Assembly (NCBI GenBank): GCA_051744985.1
Contig: JBNJDP010000001.1
Coordinates: 17,883 to 81,882 of the forward strand
Direction of reading: 5' to 3'
Length of the DNA: 64,000 bases
Source of the DNA: Chlamydiota bacterium
GTDB lineage: Bacteria; Chlamydiota; Chlamydiia; Chlamydiales; JABHNK01
Shown: positions 18,023 to 27,607 of the stretch, in pieces
How positions within the stretch are numbered: position 1 is the stretch's first letter
Layout: each line of letters starts with the position of its first letter
Translations under genes and position numbers: made by a program
The notes under the pieces: model-generated
The model's input: the letters and a program-made list of their open reading frames with translations, nothing else
The model's database searches: none
Told to the model about the DNA's origin: nothing

Positions 18023-19333
18023 ATGTTATTTCTAAAAAATTTATCGGCTTTATTCGATCAGGAAGAAGTTCCTCAGAAGTGGTTGACGAGGGTACGCTGG
18101 CTATCGCATCTTTTGATATTGAGCTTGACGTTGAACATAGGTCTGTTAGCGACATTCATCTATTCTGCAGTAAAAGAAAGCAAAGATAATTATACATCTA
18201 ATTATGAGCAAGCTACTGCTTACGCTGAAAATCCTCCATCGTACACTAATAGTGAGGTGGTAGCTTTTTTTGAGAAGATGAGTTTTAAGCAGTTGGTCAA
18301 TCAGCTGGCCAATAGGCAGTTGATAGAAGACGGCTATACTTATCGGGATTTGGCGCTGGCATATTTGGTGAACTATTACCACTTTAACCTTGAGAGAGCT
18401 TTGGCGGGGTGGCCTGCTGAGGAGAGGCACCTGCTAGTAGGGAAAGATGATAATGAAGTGCTAAGGGTTTTTCCTTCATTGACTGATCAGGATTATAAGG
18501 CTATTTTGCATTTTGCTCGTACAGAGCGTTGGCCTTTGACAGGTAAGGGGCTCTTTTTACAGCTTCAAGAGCAGGGCTTGGGGAAGGATGATAGCTTGGT
18601 AGAAGCTTTTTATCATACTTATGAATTCCAGGCCGTCGATAAAGTTTTTCAGCGCGCTCCGGCGGAGGTACAGCCTTTAATAGTGGTGCAAATTTTACTC
18701 GACGGTGATTGGCAGATGATTAAGGACTTCGTTGCTGAGCAGTATCAAAAACAACATGTCGGCGGCCATCGGTGGCGTAATTTTTTGTTGGATTATATTG
18801 TAAGAGGGTCGAAGACAGCTTCTTATTTGGTACTGGAGTTCGATGGTAACCGTGCTGCTCATCGTCTTGATGATCCTATTATTATTACGATGCTTAACAA
18901 TATGGATATAGCTACTCCTGCTGCTCAGAAGTTTGCTGTGGAATTGTTGACCAGCCCTAGACCCAACGCTGTTTGGGAGCTGGCGGCAGAGAGGCTATAC
19001 CAGTGGTCGGGTGAGCAAATTCCGGAGTCCAATGTTCATATGGAAGCTTTAGCTCGTTTTGTTCCTGAGGAAGTTTTACAGGAAAAGGTCGCCCAAATGC
19101 CTACCAAGGAAGAGGTTGCTGAGTCTACGGCTACACTCGAAGAAGAACCGTTGGCATCTTCCGAGCCTTCACCTCCTAATAGAGTTACTCATGTTGTTCA
19201 GAAGGGGGATACTTTGTGGGAGATTGCTCGTCAATTCGATGTCGATATAAAAGATATCAAAGAGAATAATGATTTGAACGGGGATGTTATTATCCCAGGG
19301 CAGCAATTGAAAATTAGCTTTTCTGGAGCTTAA
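18023..19333 (+). CDS. LysM domain-containing membrane-anchored protein
   Basis: 436 aa. It has an N-terminal hydrophobic anchor (LSHLLILSLTLNIGLLATFIY) and a C-terminal LysM domain (HVVQKGDTLWEIARQFDVDIKDIKENNDLNGDVIIPGQQLKI). The central region was not recognised. Confidence 0.72.
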   Translation: MLFLKNLSALFDQEEVPQKWLTRVRWLSHLLILSLTLNIGLLATFIYSAVKESKDNYTSNYEQATAYAENPPSYTNSEVVAFFEKMSFKQLVNQLANRQLIEDGYTYRDLALAYLVNYYHFNLERALAGWPAEERHLLVGKDDNEVLRVFPSLTDQDYKAILHFARTERWPLTGKGLFLQLQEQGLGKDDSLVEAFYHTYEFQAVDKVFQRAPAEVQPLIVVQILLDGDWQMIKDFVAEQYQKQHVGGHRWRNFLLDYIVRGSKTASYLVLEFDGNRAAHRLDDPIIITMLNNMDIATPAAQKFAVELLTSPRPNAVWELAAERLYQWSGEQIPESNVHMEALARFVPEEVLQEKVAQMPTKEEVAESTATLEEEPLASSEPSPPNRVTHVVQKGDTLWEIARQFDVDIKDIKENNDLNGDVIIPGQQLKISFSGA

Positions 19334-19527
19334 GCGTTAGTATTACTGTTCTAAAATAGCTGAAGTTCAATGGGTTCCGATTGTGTAATTATTTTTAATA
19401 GATGGTATAATACCTGCTGTAACGACCGAACCTTTAGCCAAAGGCTGGGCATAATCGGGCATCATTGATAGGTTGAAATTTAACTTGAGAGTATAGTAGT
19501 TTTGATGTTATGCTATTCTTTTTCTTA

Positions 19528-19611
19528 GCGGAAGTGGCGGAAATGGTAGACGCGCTACCTTGAGGTGGTAGTGGGAGAAATCCTGTGGGGGTTCGAGTCC
19601 CCCCTTTCGCA
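19528..19611 (+). tRNA. tRNA-Leu (anticodon GAG), class II with a long variable arm
   Basis: Hand-folded cloverleaf. The acceptor gcggaag/ctttcgc has one G-U pair. The anticodon stem is ctacc/ggtag with loop ttGAGgt. The variable arm is 15 nt. The T arm is ggggg-ttcgagt-ccccc and the discriminator is A. CCA is not encoded. Confidence 0.93.
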
Positions 19612-19632
19612 AAATCTTTATCTTTGTTTTTT

Positions 19633-19860
19633 ATGAGAAGCATTATCCTTCTGGCTCTCAAAATTTATCAACGCTTGTTCAGCCCCTTATTTGGGCAGAA
19701 CTGTCGCTTCTATCCTAGCTGTTCAGAATATGCTCACCAAGCTCTTACCAACCATGGCCTATGGCGTGGAGGTTGGTTGGCCTGCAGGCGCATCATCAAA
19801 TGTGGCCCATGGCATCCGGGAGGGGTTGACCTTGTCCCAGATAATGAAGATCATAAGTAA
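19633..19860 (+). CDS. yidD: Membrane protein insertion efficiency factor YidD
   Basis: The ATG at 19633 gives MRSIILLALKIYQRLFSPLFGQNCRFYPSCSEYAHQALTNHGLWRGGWLACRRIIKCGPWHPGG, the canonical YidD sequence. The track ORF start at 19585 overlaps the tRNA. Confidence 0.92.
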   Translation: MRSIILLALKIYQRLFSPLFGQNCRFYPSCSEYAHQALTNHGLWRGGWLACRRIIKCGPWHPGGVDLVPDNEDHK

Positions 19861-20022
19861 TACCATCCATCAAAAATATTTGCGCATATATATACTCCTT
19901 ACATCTCATCTTTGATAAACGGTATAAACCTAAATTTAGAGGTTCTTCAAGGTTTAAGCCTTGTCTATTAGGGGTTGTGGTGCTATGATTAATTTCCGAT
20001 AATTCATTAATTTTGGTTTCAT

Positions 20023-22353
20023 ATGAATAGTTGTGCTGATATAGAATCTCCTCTTGGAAGGATTGCCGTTATAGGCAACTATATGCCCCGTAAGTGTGGC
20101 ATAGCTACTTTTACCACAGATATCTGTGAAGCTTTATCAGCCGAAGCGGGCAGCTCTAGAGAAGTCTATGCTTTGGCCATCAATGATATTGCTGAAGGTT
20201 ATAATTACCCCGAAAAGGTTAGGATGGAGCTCGAGGAGGAGGACCTTGCTTGCTATACTAACCAAGCTCCTGAGCTTTTGAACTACAGCGACACAGAAGC
20301 TTTGATAGTCCAGCATGAATATGGTATTTATGGGGGTACTGAAGGGGAATATCTTTTGCAGTTATTGGAACGGGTGCATATGCCTATAATAACTACCCTT
20401 CATACAGTGCTTTCGCAGCCTAATGCCGAGCAGAAGCGGATAACGCAGCGGTTAATAGAGCTGTCGAGTCGTTTGGTTGTGATGAGTGAGCACGCTAAAG
20501 GTATTTTGTTAGACACTTACCCTGATCTTGACCCTTCTAAGCTGGTGATGATCCCTCACGGAATCCCACAAGTATCTTTCATAGACTCCGATTACCATAA
20601 GGAGGATTTCGGTGTCGAGGGTAAGCAGGTGATTCTTACTTTTGGACTGCTCTCTCCCGACAAAGGTATAGAAGTTGTTATCAAAGCTTTGCCCGAAGTT
20701 GTTAAACAACATCCCGATGTAGTATATATTGTATTAGGCGCTACCCACCCTAACATTGTTAGACACCATGGTGAAGAATACCGTCAGAGTTTAGTGGATT
20801 TGAGCAAAGAATTGGGAGTTGCCGATAATATTCGTTTTATCGATCAGTTTGTTCCCCTGGAAAAATTGTGTGAATACATTGGTGCTGCCGATATATATAT
20901 CACTCCTTACCATAATGCTCAGCAGATAACTTCCGGGACTTTAGCTTATGCCTTGGGATCAGGGAAAGCAATAGTTTCTACTCCTTACCGTTATGCTGAA
21001 GAACTGCTTGCTGAAGGACGAGGGCTTCTCTTTCCTTTCAATGATAGTACGGCGCTATCTCAGCATATCAATACCCTCCTCGGTGATCACAATTATCGCA
21101 ATATGATTCGTAAAAAAGCCTATAACTACGGCCGTAGGATGGCATGGCCTCAAGTTGCTAGTAGCTACTTAAAGCTTATTGATGAGGTTATTTTAGAGCG
21201 GTCACAACAGTCTCATCCGATAGGACCTGACAGCATTGGCATTTCGGGAAGCATAGAGTTGCCTCCAATAGATCTAGGGCATTTGCATACGTTGACAGAT
21301 GATACAGGAATTCTTCAACATGCTACTTATGCTATCCCTAATCGTTGGCATGGTTATTGTACCGATGATAATGCGCGAGCTCTTGTAGTAGCAGTTGAAT
21401 ATTATGATTTGAAGAAAGACCCCAAGATTTTAGCGTTGGCGCGTACATACCTTTCCTTTTTGCTAGGAGCTATTGACTCAAAGACTAAAAAATTTAAAAA
21501 TTTCATGTCTTATGAGCGTCATTGGCTGGAGGATTTCGGTAGTCAAGATTCTCAAGCTCGAGCGCTGTGGGGTTTAGGGCATTGTGCAGGTTCTAGCCTA
21601 GGTCCATCGTTAACACGTCTAGCAGCAAAACTTTTTGTTGAAGCTTTGCCGTCGATGGTTACGACAACTTCTCCTCGTGCTTATGCTTTTGCTCTTATCG
21701 GAACATATCATTATGATCGCCAATTTCAAGGTGATGTATTAGTTCGACGTACTGGTAAAATGTTAGCGGATCGATTGCTAGATATGTTTGAAAAATATGC
21801 TACTGATGAGTGGCCATGGTGTGAAGATTTACTAACTTATGCCAATGCGCGTATCCCGCAAGCTTTGATCTTAGCAGGGCAGATGTTTAGTAATCAAAAA
21901 ATGATTAAAGTTGGCTTGCGAGCTCTGCAGTGGCTGTTGGAAATACAAACCAAAGAGCAAGGGCAAATTTCTATTATTGGCAATATCGGCTGGAAAGTTA
22001 AAGGCGGTGATACTGCTAGATTCGATCAGCAGCCTATCGATGCAGGGGCTCTGGTAGAAGCCTGCTTAGAAGCTTATAAGGCCACTAAGGACTGCTATTG
22101 GATATCTCAAGCAGAGAGAGCTTTTCTTTGGTTTCTAGGCGATAATGACCTGCAGGCACCTCTCTATGACCCGGAAACCGGTGGTTGTAAAGATGGGCTC
22201 CATGCTGTCGGACCTAGTGAAAACCAGGGGGCGGAATCTACTTTGGTATGGCTCTTGTCTCTTTTAGCGATGTATAAGCTGCCATCACGAACACCTTGGT
22301 CAGAAGAACTCGATGAGGACTCTTATGATCGAGAAAACCCATTATTAGCATAG
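20023..22353 (+). CDS. Glycosyltransferase family 4 protein fused to a large C-terminal domain of unknown function
   Basis: 776 aa. The first ~400 aa look like a GT4/GT-B fold (GIATFTTD..., LGATHPN, ITSGTLAYALGSGKAIVSTPYRYAEELL). The C-terminal ~370 aa (HGYCTDDNARALVVAVEY...WPWCED...) may be an alpha/alpha-toroid glycosidase-like domain. That last assignment is inference only. Confidence 0.8.
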   Translation: MNSCADIESPLGRIAVIGNYMPRKCGIATFTTDICEALSAEAGSSREVYALAINDIAEGYNYPEKVRMELEEEDLACYTNQAPELLNYSDTEALIVQHEYGIYGGTEGEYLLQLLERVHMPIITTLHTVLSQPNAEQKRITQRLIELSSRLVVMSEHAKGILLDTYPDLDPSKLVMIPHGIPQVSFIDSDYHKEDFGVEGKQVILTFGLLSPDKGIEVVIKALPEVVKQHPDVVYIVLGATHPNIVRHHGEEYRQSLVDLSKELGVADNIRFIDQFVPLEKLCEYIGAADIYITPYHNAQQITSGTLAYALGSGKAIVSTPYRYAEELLAEGRGLLFPFNDSTALSQHINTLLGDHNYRNMIRKKAYNYGRRMAWPQVASSYLKLIDEVILERSQQSHPIGPDSIGISGSIELPPIDLGHLHTLTDDTGILQHATYAIPNRWHGYCTDDNARALVVAVEYYDLKKDPKILALARTYLSFLLGAIDSKTKKFKNFMSYERHWLEDFGSQDSQARALWGLGHCAGSSLGPSLTRLAAKLFVEALPSMVTTTSPRAYAFALIGTYHYDRQFQGDVLVRRTGKMLADRLLDMFEKYATDEWPWCEDLLTYANARIPQALILAGQMFSNQKMIKVGLRALQWLLEIQTKEQGQISIIGNIGWKVKGGDTARFDQQPIDAGALVEACLEAYKATKDCYWISQAERAFLWFLGDNDLQAPLYDPETGGCKDGLHAVGPSENQGAESTLVWLLSLLAMYKLPSRTPWSEELDEDSYDRENPLLA

Positions 22354-22362
22354 GGGGTAGTA

Positions 22363-23391
22363 ATGAAACATATTGCTGTATTGTCTCCGGTAGCTTGGCG
22401 TACCCCTCCTCGTGCTTATGGCGCCTGGGAAACTGTTGCTAGCAATATTGCCGAGGGATTAGTAAAGCGTGGCTGGGAGGTAACTCTCTTTGCCACGGGA
22501 GATTCTCTAACTAAAGCCAACTTAGCATCCGTTATTGATAAAGGCTATGAAGAAGATCCTTCTTCTAATCCCAAAGTTGCCGAGTGCTTACACATTTCAG
22601 AAATCTTTGAGAAGGCCGATGATTTCGACCTAATCCATAATAATTTCGACTTTCTGCCTCTTACCTATTCGCGGTTGGTAGACACGCCTATGTTGACAAC
22701 AATCCACGGCTTCTCATGTCCTACTATTATGCCGGTATATCATAAATATAGAGACGGTTATTATGTGTCTATCAGCGATTCAGATCGTGCTGAAGGGCTT
22801 AATTACCTGGGTACGGTTTATAACGGTATCGATGTCGATCAGATGGAATTTCATTCCCAGCCCGGGAACTCTTTAGTGTTTTTGGGACGGATACATCCTG
22901 ACAAGGGCGCCCACCTAGCGATCGAAGTTGCTAAAAAAACCGGTCAGCAGCTTTTAATAGCAGGAATTGTTCAGGACAAGAACTACTTCGATAGCCAAAT
23001 CGCTCCCCATATCGATGAAGATCAGATTAAGTATCTTGGTCCTGTGGGCCCTGAAGAGCGAAATGCACTTTTACAAAAGGCTTCGGCAGTCTTGCATCTA
23101 AATACAATCCCAGAGCGTTTTGGCCTTGTGATGGCTGAAGCTATGGCAGCAGGGGTTCCTGTCATAGCTATGGATAAGGGATCATGCCGCGAAGTCGTTG
23201 CTGATGGCACCACAGGCTTCTTAGTCAACGACATTGCTGAAGCTGCAGAGGCTGTCGAAAAAGTTGATAACCTTTCTCGTAGAGCATGCCGTCAGAGGGT
23301 CGAAGATAATTTTTCTATCGAGGTTATGGTAGATAAATACATAGAGGTTTATAAAGAGATATTTCGACGAGAGCAAGGTCGCCGAAGGTAA
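22363..23391 (+). CDS. Glycosyltransferase family 4 protein
   Basis: 342 aa. The C-terminal GT4 signature is ERFGLVMAEAMAAGVPVIAMDKGSCREVVADGTTGFLV. Confidence 0.88.
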   Translation: MKHIAVLSPVAWRTPPRAYGAWETVASNIAEGLVKRGWEVTLFATGDSLTKANLASVIDKGYEEDPSSNPKVAECLHISEIFEKADDFDLIHNNFDFLPLTYSRLVDTPMLTTIHGFSCPTIMPVYHKYRDGYYVSISDSDRAEGLNYLGTVYNGIDVDQMEFHSQPGNSLVFLGRIHPDKGAHLAIEVAKKTGQQLLIAGIVQDKNYFDSQIAPHIDEDQIKYLGPVGPEERNALLQKASAVLHLNTIPERFGLVMAEAMAAGVPVIAMDKGSCREVVADGTTGFLVNDIAEAAEAVEKVDNLSRRACRQRVEDNFSIEVMVDKYIEVYKEIFRREQGRRR

Positions 23392-23415
23392 AAGAAATTT
23401 TGAGGGGAGGTTATC

Positions 23416-24333
23416 ATGACAGAGCTGGTTACTAGATATAGTGGGAACCCCATCTTAACTAAAGATGATGTTCCTTATCCAGTGGCAACCGTTCATAACG
23501 CGGGAGTAGTAAAATACCGCGATAAATATATCATGGTCTTTAGATCACATAAGCTTAACGGGCGCAGCATCTTGGGTATTGCCGATAGTGATGACGGTTA
23601 TCATTTTGAGGTTCGCTCTGAACCTTTTATGGTTGCTGGCGATATTTATGAAGAGTATGGCGTCGAAGACCCTCGTATTTCGTGTATAGAAGGCGAGTAT
23701 TTGATTACCTATAGTGCTTACTCCCGATATGGTGTGAGGATCGGCCTCGCCAAAACTACAGACTTCCAAACTGTAGAACGCCTTTCTTATATTACCCAGC
23801 CTGATGGGCGCAATGTGGTGATTTTCCCCGAAAAGATTGGAGGACAGTATGTTCGTCTTGACCGTCCCCATACAGAAATTAACAAGTGGTCGATTTGGGC
23901 AACATATTCTCCTGATCTTATCCACTGGGGAAATTCTCAGCATATCATCAATCCCTTACAATATCATTGGGATGAGATGAAGATCGGCCCTGGAGCACCT
24001 CCTGTCAAAACTCCTCATGGTTGGCTGAATATCTACCATGGAGTTTTTGAGACTATGGCCGGCGCTGTATATCGCTTGGGGGTGGCTTTGCACGACCTCG
24101 AAAACCCTGCTAAAATTTTGGGTATCGGAGACTCTTGGATTCTAGAGCCTCAAGATCCTTGGGAAAGGACAGGTTATGTCTCCAATGTAGTCTTTAGCTG
24201 CGCAGCAGTACCCGAAGATGATGGCACCCTCAAAATTTATTGGGGGGGCGCCGATACAGTGATGTGTGTCGGGGAAGCTAGCATCGAGGAATTGGTTGCT
24301 CACTGCTTGGATGATAACCGCTTAGATCACTAG
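23416..24333 (+). CDS. GH130 family protein (beta-mannoside phosphorylase / PH1107-related glycosidase)
   Basis: 305 aa. GH130-like blocks: GNPILT, VHNAGVV, GVEDPRIS, YLITYSAY, FPEKIGGQYVRLDRP, WDEMKIGPGAPP, HGWLNIYHGV, YRLGVALHDLENP, YWGGADT. Confidence 0.82.
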   Translation: MTELVTRYSGNPILTKDDVPYPVATVHNAGVVKYRDKYIMVFRSHKLNGRSILGIADSDDGYHFEVRSEPFMVAGDIYEEYGVEDPRISCIEGEYLITYSAYSRYGVRIGLAKTTDFQTVERLSYITQPDGRNVVIFPEKIGGQYVRLDRPHTEINKWSIWATYSPDLIHWGNSQHIINPLQYHWDEMKIGPGAPPVKTPHGWLNIYHGVFETMAGAVYRLGVALHDLENPAKILGIGDSWILEPQDPWERTGYVSNVVFSCAAVPEDDGTLKIYWGGADTVMCVGEASIEELVAHCLDDNRLDH

Positions 24334-24346
24334 AGCTCTTCATCTC

Positions 24347-24376
24347 CGAGCCCGAGAAAGTTTTTTCTCGGGCTCG
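24347..24376. terminator. Bidirectional hairpin between convergent genes
   Basis: There is a perfect 13-bp stem, cgagcccgagaaa (24347-24359) paired with tttctcgggctcg (24364-24376), and a 4-nt loop. A/T runs flank it on both sides. It sits between the GH130 stop (24333) and the manA stop (24386). Confidence 0.75.
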
Positions 24377-24385
24377 AGGAATTTC

Positions 24386-25549
24386 TTAGCGAGGCATAGC
24401 TGTAGTTTGGAGGACGATGCTGTAAGGCTCGATAGCAGAGATGGAAAAGTCTCCTAAAGCTGCAGGGAGTATCAGCGACTGCCCCTTATAAGCGATGGTA
24501 TCATCGACTTTTATAGCTCCTTCAATAACTGTCAATCCTTGAATTTCCGTGCGGTAGGTGCTGTCATGATATTTGGCCGTCAAACTGCCAAACTCTAGCT
24601 TGTGGACTTGAAACTCTTTTTCATCGATAAGAATTTCAATGGGGCAGGTGCTATCACCAATACCATGGGGGATGGGGAGTCGGCGTAAAGCTTCTACCAG
24701 ATAGTGCCCTTGCAAGCCTTCCCAAGATGTTGATTGTAAGGTCTCTTTGTAGTGGAGCTGGCGAGGGCGTCCTTGGTCGTCTAGCCGTTCCCAATCATAG
24801 GCCCTGAAAGTTGACTCCGAGGTCTCTTGGGCTTCTAATAAAACCAGCCCAGCGCCAATAGCATGCAAGGTTCCAGCAGGAATAAAGTAGACATCGCCAG
24901 CTTTGACAGGGACGAAGTTCAGAAAGTATGACAAGTCTTCTCCGCGGAGCATAGCCCGCTCAAAATCAGCTTTGTCGGTTCTGGCTTTAAGGCCCAAGTA
25001 TATTCCAGCACCGGGTTCGGCATCTAATATTACCCACCCTTCGGTTTTGGAAGGATGGTCGGTGAAGTCGCCTTTTTTAGGATGTACTTGCACGGAGAGG
25101 TTGCTGGTAAGCATTTGGCGATGGATCTTATTTATTTCCGGGTCGATAATCTCTTGTAGAGACTGGTGGAGATCGTTGTAATTCTTGGATTCCCAGGAAG
25201 GGTAGCGTTCTAAAATTTGACTGCGATAGCCTTGCCAGCTGCCAGAGTTGAGAAGCTTGACGAGAAAGGGCATCTGCTGATGGTGTTTAGCACTGTTTAG
25301 AGGCCCATAGAGCTGTTTGGGCCATTTTTTGCCGATCTCTCTGATGTCAGCGCCGGAGCAAATGTTAGGGAAACAGGGGTGGCCAGAAATTTCCCAAGAT
25401 TCTCCTACGATATTAGCGGTTTTTATACCTAGTTGACGCTTATAATCATCGATGATCTTTCTCCCTCCCCAGGGAGTTCTCTCAGGAGGAGTGAAGTTGT
25501 CGGGGTTAACCAATAAAACTTGGCGGGTAAACTCTTCATAATTAGTCAT
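24386..25549 (-). CDS. manA: Class I mannose-6-phosphate isomerase
   Basis: 387 aa. Cupin-type PMI motifs are present: LSVQVHPKKGD, EGWVILDAEPGAGIYLG, YFIPAGTLHAIGAGLVLLEAQETSESTFRAYDWER. Confidence 0.82.
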   Translation of the reverse strand: MTNYEEFTRQVLLVNPDNFTPPERTPWGGRKIIDDYKRQLGIKTANIVGESWEISGHPCFPNICSGADIREIGKKWPKQLYGPLNSAKHHQQMPFLVKLLNSGSWQGYRSQILERYPSWESKNYNDLHQSLQEIIDPEINKIHRQMLTSNLSVQVHPKKGDFTDHPSKTEGWVILDAEPGAGIYLGLKARTDKADFERAMLRGEDLSYFLNFVPVKAGDVYFIPAGTLHAIGAGLVLLEAQETSESTFRAYDWERLDDQGRPRQLHYKETLQSTSWEGLQGHYLVEALRRLPIPHGIGDSTCPIEILIDEKEFQVHKLEFGSLTAKYHDSTYRTEIQGLTVIEGAIKVDDTIAYKGQSLILPAALGDFSISAIEPYSIVLQTTAMPR

Positions 25550-25638
25550 GCTTTCCTCCTGTTTGTGGGCTCAAAATCATAGGTTATTCTTCCCAGGGTA
25601 TAGGTGCCAAGTAAAATCTTAGGTAACTAGGAAAAAAT

Positions 25639-26334
25639 TTACCATGACCCCTGAAGGGTATCTTCGAAGAGTTTATCGACTTTATCTAGCGCCTTAGGCG
25701 GTATAGGAAGCTCGGTGATCTGGCTGAGAGAGCGGGAATGTTGTAGACATAGCAGAGCTAAGAGCTCTTCTTCTTCGCACTCCAAACCTTCTTCAGGGCA
25801 ATGTTCGGAGCAATAGCATTCGCCTCGGCAGATAATGATAGGAGAAGTTTTTTCCTTGCAGGTAGCACAATGCTGTTGAAGGTCGAGCAAGCCTTCATGT
25901 TTGAGTACTTTGAGCCTAAAGCTTGCCAGAAGAGCAGCAGGGTTGGCAATAGCTGCTACCTGTGCTAAAAATAACTTTAGCAGGTCATAAAGCTGGGGAG
26001 CAGGTTTTTCAGGGAGTTGAGAGGCTTTGATAGCTTGCAACATCCCTAGCGCTGCTTCGATATTTTCTAGGCTTTGGCGGATTTTAAGGTGATGGTCGAG
26101 GATGGTTCCATCTTGGTAGCGCCATAATTCCCCTGAACGGCGGTGGAAGATAAATTCCCCTCTAGTGAGAGGAGACGCTAAGACGCCCCTTTTACTTTTA
26201 GGCCTATTAGCTCCTTGGACGAAAAGCTTGACAATCCCTAAATCTCGTGTAAAAATCGTGATGATACGGTCGTAGTCTTTGTAGTTTAAGGTTTCGATGT
26301 TGATCCCTTCGGCACTGATATTTTGCATTAACAC
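25639..26334 (-). CDS. recO: DNA repair protein RecO
   Basis: 231 aa. It has an N-terminal OB-like region (NYKDYDRIITIFTRDLGIVKLFVQG) and a C-terminal Cys cluster (CATCKEK...CRGECYCSEHC). Confidence 0.8.
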   Translation of the reverse strand: MLMQNISAEGINIETLNYKDYDRIITIFTRDLGIVKLFVQGANRPKSKRGVLASPLTRGEFIFHRRSGELWRYQDGTILDHHLKIRQSLENIEAALGMLQAIKASQLPEKPAPQLYDLLKLFLAQVAAIANPAALLASFRLKVLKHEGLLDLQQHCATCKEKTSPIIICRGECYCSEHCPEEGLECEEEELLALLCLQHSRSLSQITELPIPPKALDKVDKLFEDTLQGSW

Positions 26335-26391
26335 TTCCTGAAAAAAGGGTTTAATGATATGATTTGTCGTTCAAAGTTATTAAGGCTTTAA

Positions 26392-26465
26392 GCACCGATA
26401 GCTCAATTGGATAGAGTACCTGGCTTCGAACCAGGTGGTTAGAGGTTCGAGTCCTCTTCGGTGCG
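26392..26465 (+). tRNA. tRNA-Arg (anticodon UCG)
   Basis: 74-nt cloverleaf. The acceptor is gcaccga/tcggtgc. The anticodon stem is cctgg/ccagg with loop ctTCGaa. The T arm is agagg-ttcgagt-cctct and the discriminator is G. CCA is not encoded. Confidence 0.95.
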
Positions 26466-26479
26466 CTTTTTTTATTCCC

Positions 26480-27520
26480 ATGCATAATAGCAAGATTCCG
26501 ATTTTATCACACTCTCAACAAAGCTATTCCCAAGCTATTTATGCTATGCTTGGTAAAGGCAAGCTCCATGCTGCCAAAGCTTATTCCGAATTTTTTCGTC
26601 GGGGAGCAATCTTAGGCGAAGACCCTTCTTTTACCCCTACTACCGGCGATCTTTTGAAAGCTATTATCGATAATACTGAAGTTTCCGCTTTGGATTACTA
26701 TGATCATTTTGAAGAGGAAGGTACAGTAAAATTTATCTTTCAAACTTATGATAAGCACGATATCGAAACGGTAGTGGTTCCTATGCAAGATGGTGCTACC
26801 CTCTGTATCTCCTCCCAGGCGGGGTGTCGGAGAAAATGCGCCTTTTGTGAAACAGGAAAGCTAGGGTTGCTGCGCAGCTTATCGGTCCAGGAGATCGTCG
26901 GCCAGGTCTTTGAAGCCTGTATTGTAAGAGGATACCATGTTCGCAATATTGTTTTTATGGGGATGGGGGAGCCTTTCGATAACTACGATAATGTGTTAGC
27001 GGCAGCGAAGGTCATCTTTGATCCCGGAGGGTTGGGATTCGGTCCGGCAAGGGTTACAGTCTCCACATGTGGTGTTGTTAGCGGGATAGAGCGTTTAAGT
27101 GCTGAAAAGGGTCCTGTACCTAACCTAGCGGTTTCCTTGAATGCTCCTTCTGATGGACAGCGCCGGAAGATGATGCCTATTACAAAAGAGTATGACTTGA
27201 GTGCTTTATACAGGGCTATGCAAAGGTATAATCACCTTAAAGGTAAGCAGATTTTGGTAGGCTATGTTTTGATCGATGGCTTTAATGATAGTGTAGCCGA
27301 TGCCTGCCGCCTAGGCGATTATTTGCAAGGTTTGGATGTTAAGGTGAACATTATCCCTTATAACCAACAAAGCCGGACATCTTGGCGACCTTCATCTGCT
27401 TGTAAGATGGAGGCCTTTGTTAAGGAGTTAAGGTCACAAGGTTATAGGGTGTTGGTACGCCAGTCAAAGGGTCAAAAAATTATGGCTGCTTGCGGTCAGC
27501 TGGGGTGCCACCGTAAATAG
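26480..27520 (+). CDS. rlmN: 23S rRNA/tRNA (adenine-C2)-methyltransferase RlmN (radical SAM)
   Basis: The ATG at 26480 (MHNSKIPIL...) avoids overlap with tRNA-Arg. It has the radical SAM motif CRRKCAFCETG, plus GMGEPFDN and a C-terminal CGQL. Confidence 0.9.
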   Translation: MHNSKIPILSHSQQSYSQAIYAMLGKGKLHAAKAYSEFFRRGAILGEDPSFTPTTGDLLKAIIDNTEVSALDYYDHFEEEGTVKFIFQTYDKHDIETVVVPMQDGATLCISSQAGCRRKCAFCETGKLGLLRSLSVQEIVGQVFEACIVRGYHVRNIVFMGMGEPFDNYDNVLAAAKVIFDPGGLGFGPARVTVSTCGVVSGIERLSAEKGPVPNLAVSLNAPSDGQRRKMMPITKEYDLSALYRAMQRYNHLKGKQILVGYVLIDGFNDSVADACRLGDYLQGLDVKVNIIPYNQQSRTSWRPSSACKMEAFVKELRSQGYRVLVRQSKGQKIMAACGQLGCHRK

Positions 27521-27607
27521 TGAGTGGCAAAAAGATAACGGTATGTTACAATAAACTTAGAACACCTTATGAGTATTACACAACAACTGAACATGAGAGG
27601 GTAATTT

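Noticed and set aside
19434-19661. 75-aa minus-strand ORF, and the 19585 start of the yidD ORF
   Set aside because: Both overlap tRNA-Leu (19528-19611). The yidD family sequence begins at the ATG at 19633.
23545-23943. 132-aa minus-strand ORF inside the GH130 gene
   Set aside because: It is a shadow ORF opposite a conserved-motif-rich gene.
26435-26479. N-terminal extension of the rlmN ORF (MVRGSSPLRCAFFIP)
   Set aside because: It overlaps the 3' half of tRNA-Arg. The ATG at 26480 gives a normal RlmN N-terminus.
27525-27541. TGGCA motif upstream of hpf as a sigma-54 promoter
   Set aside because: There is no GC element at the required spacing (TGGCAAaaagaTAAC).
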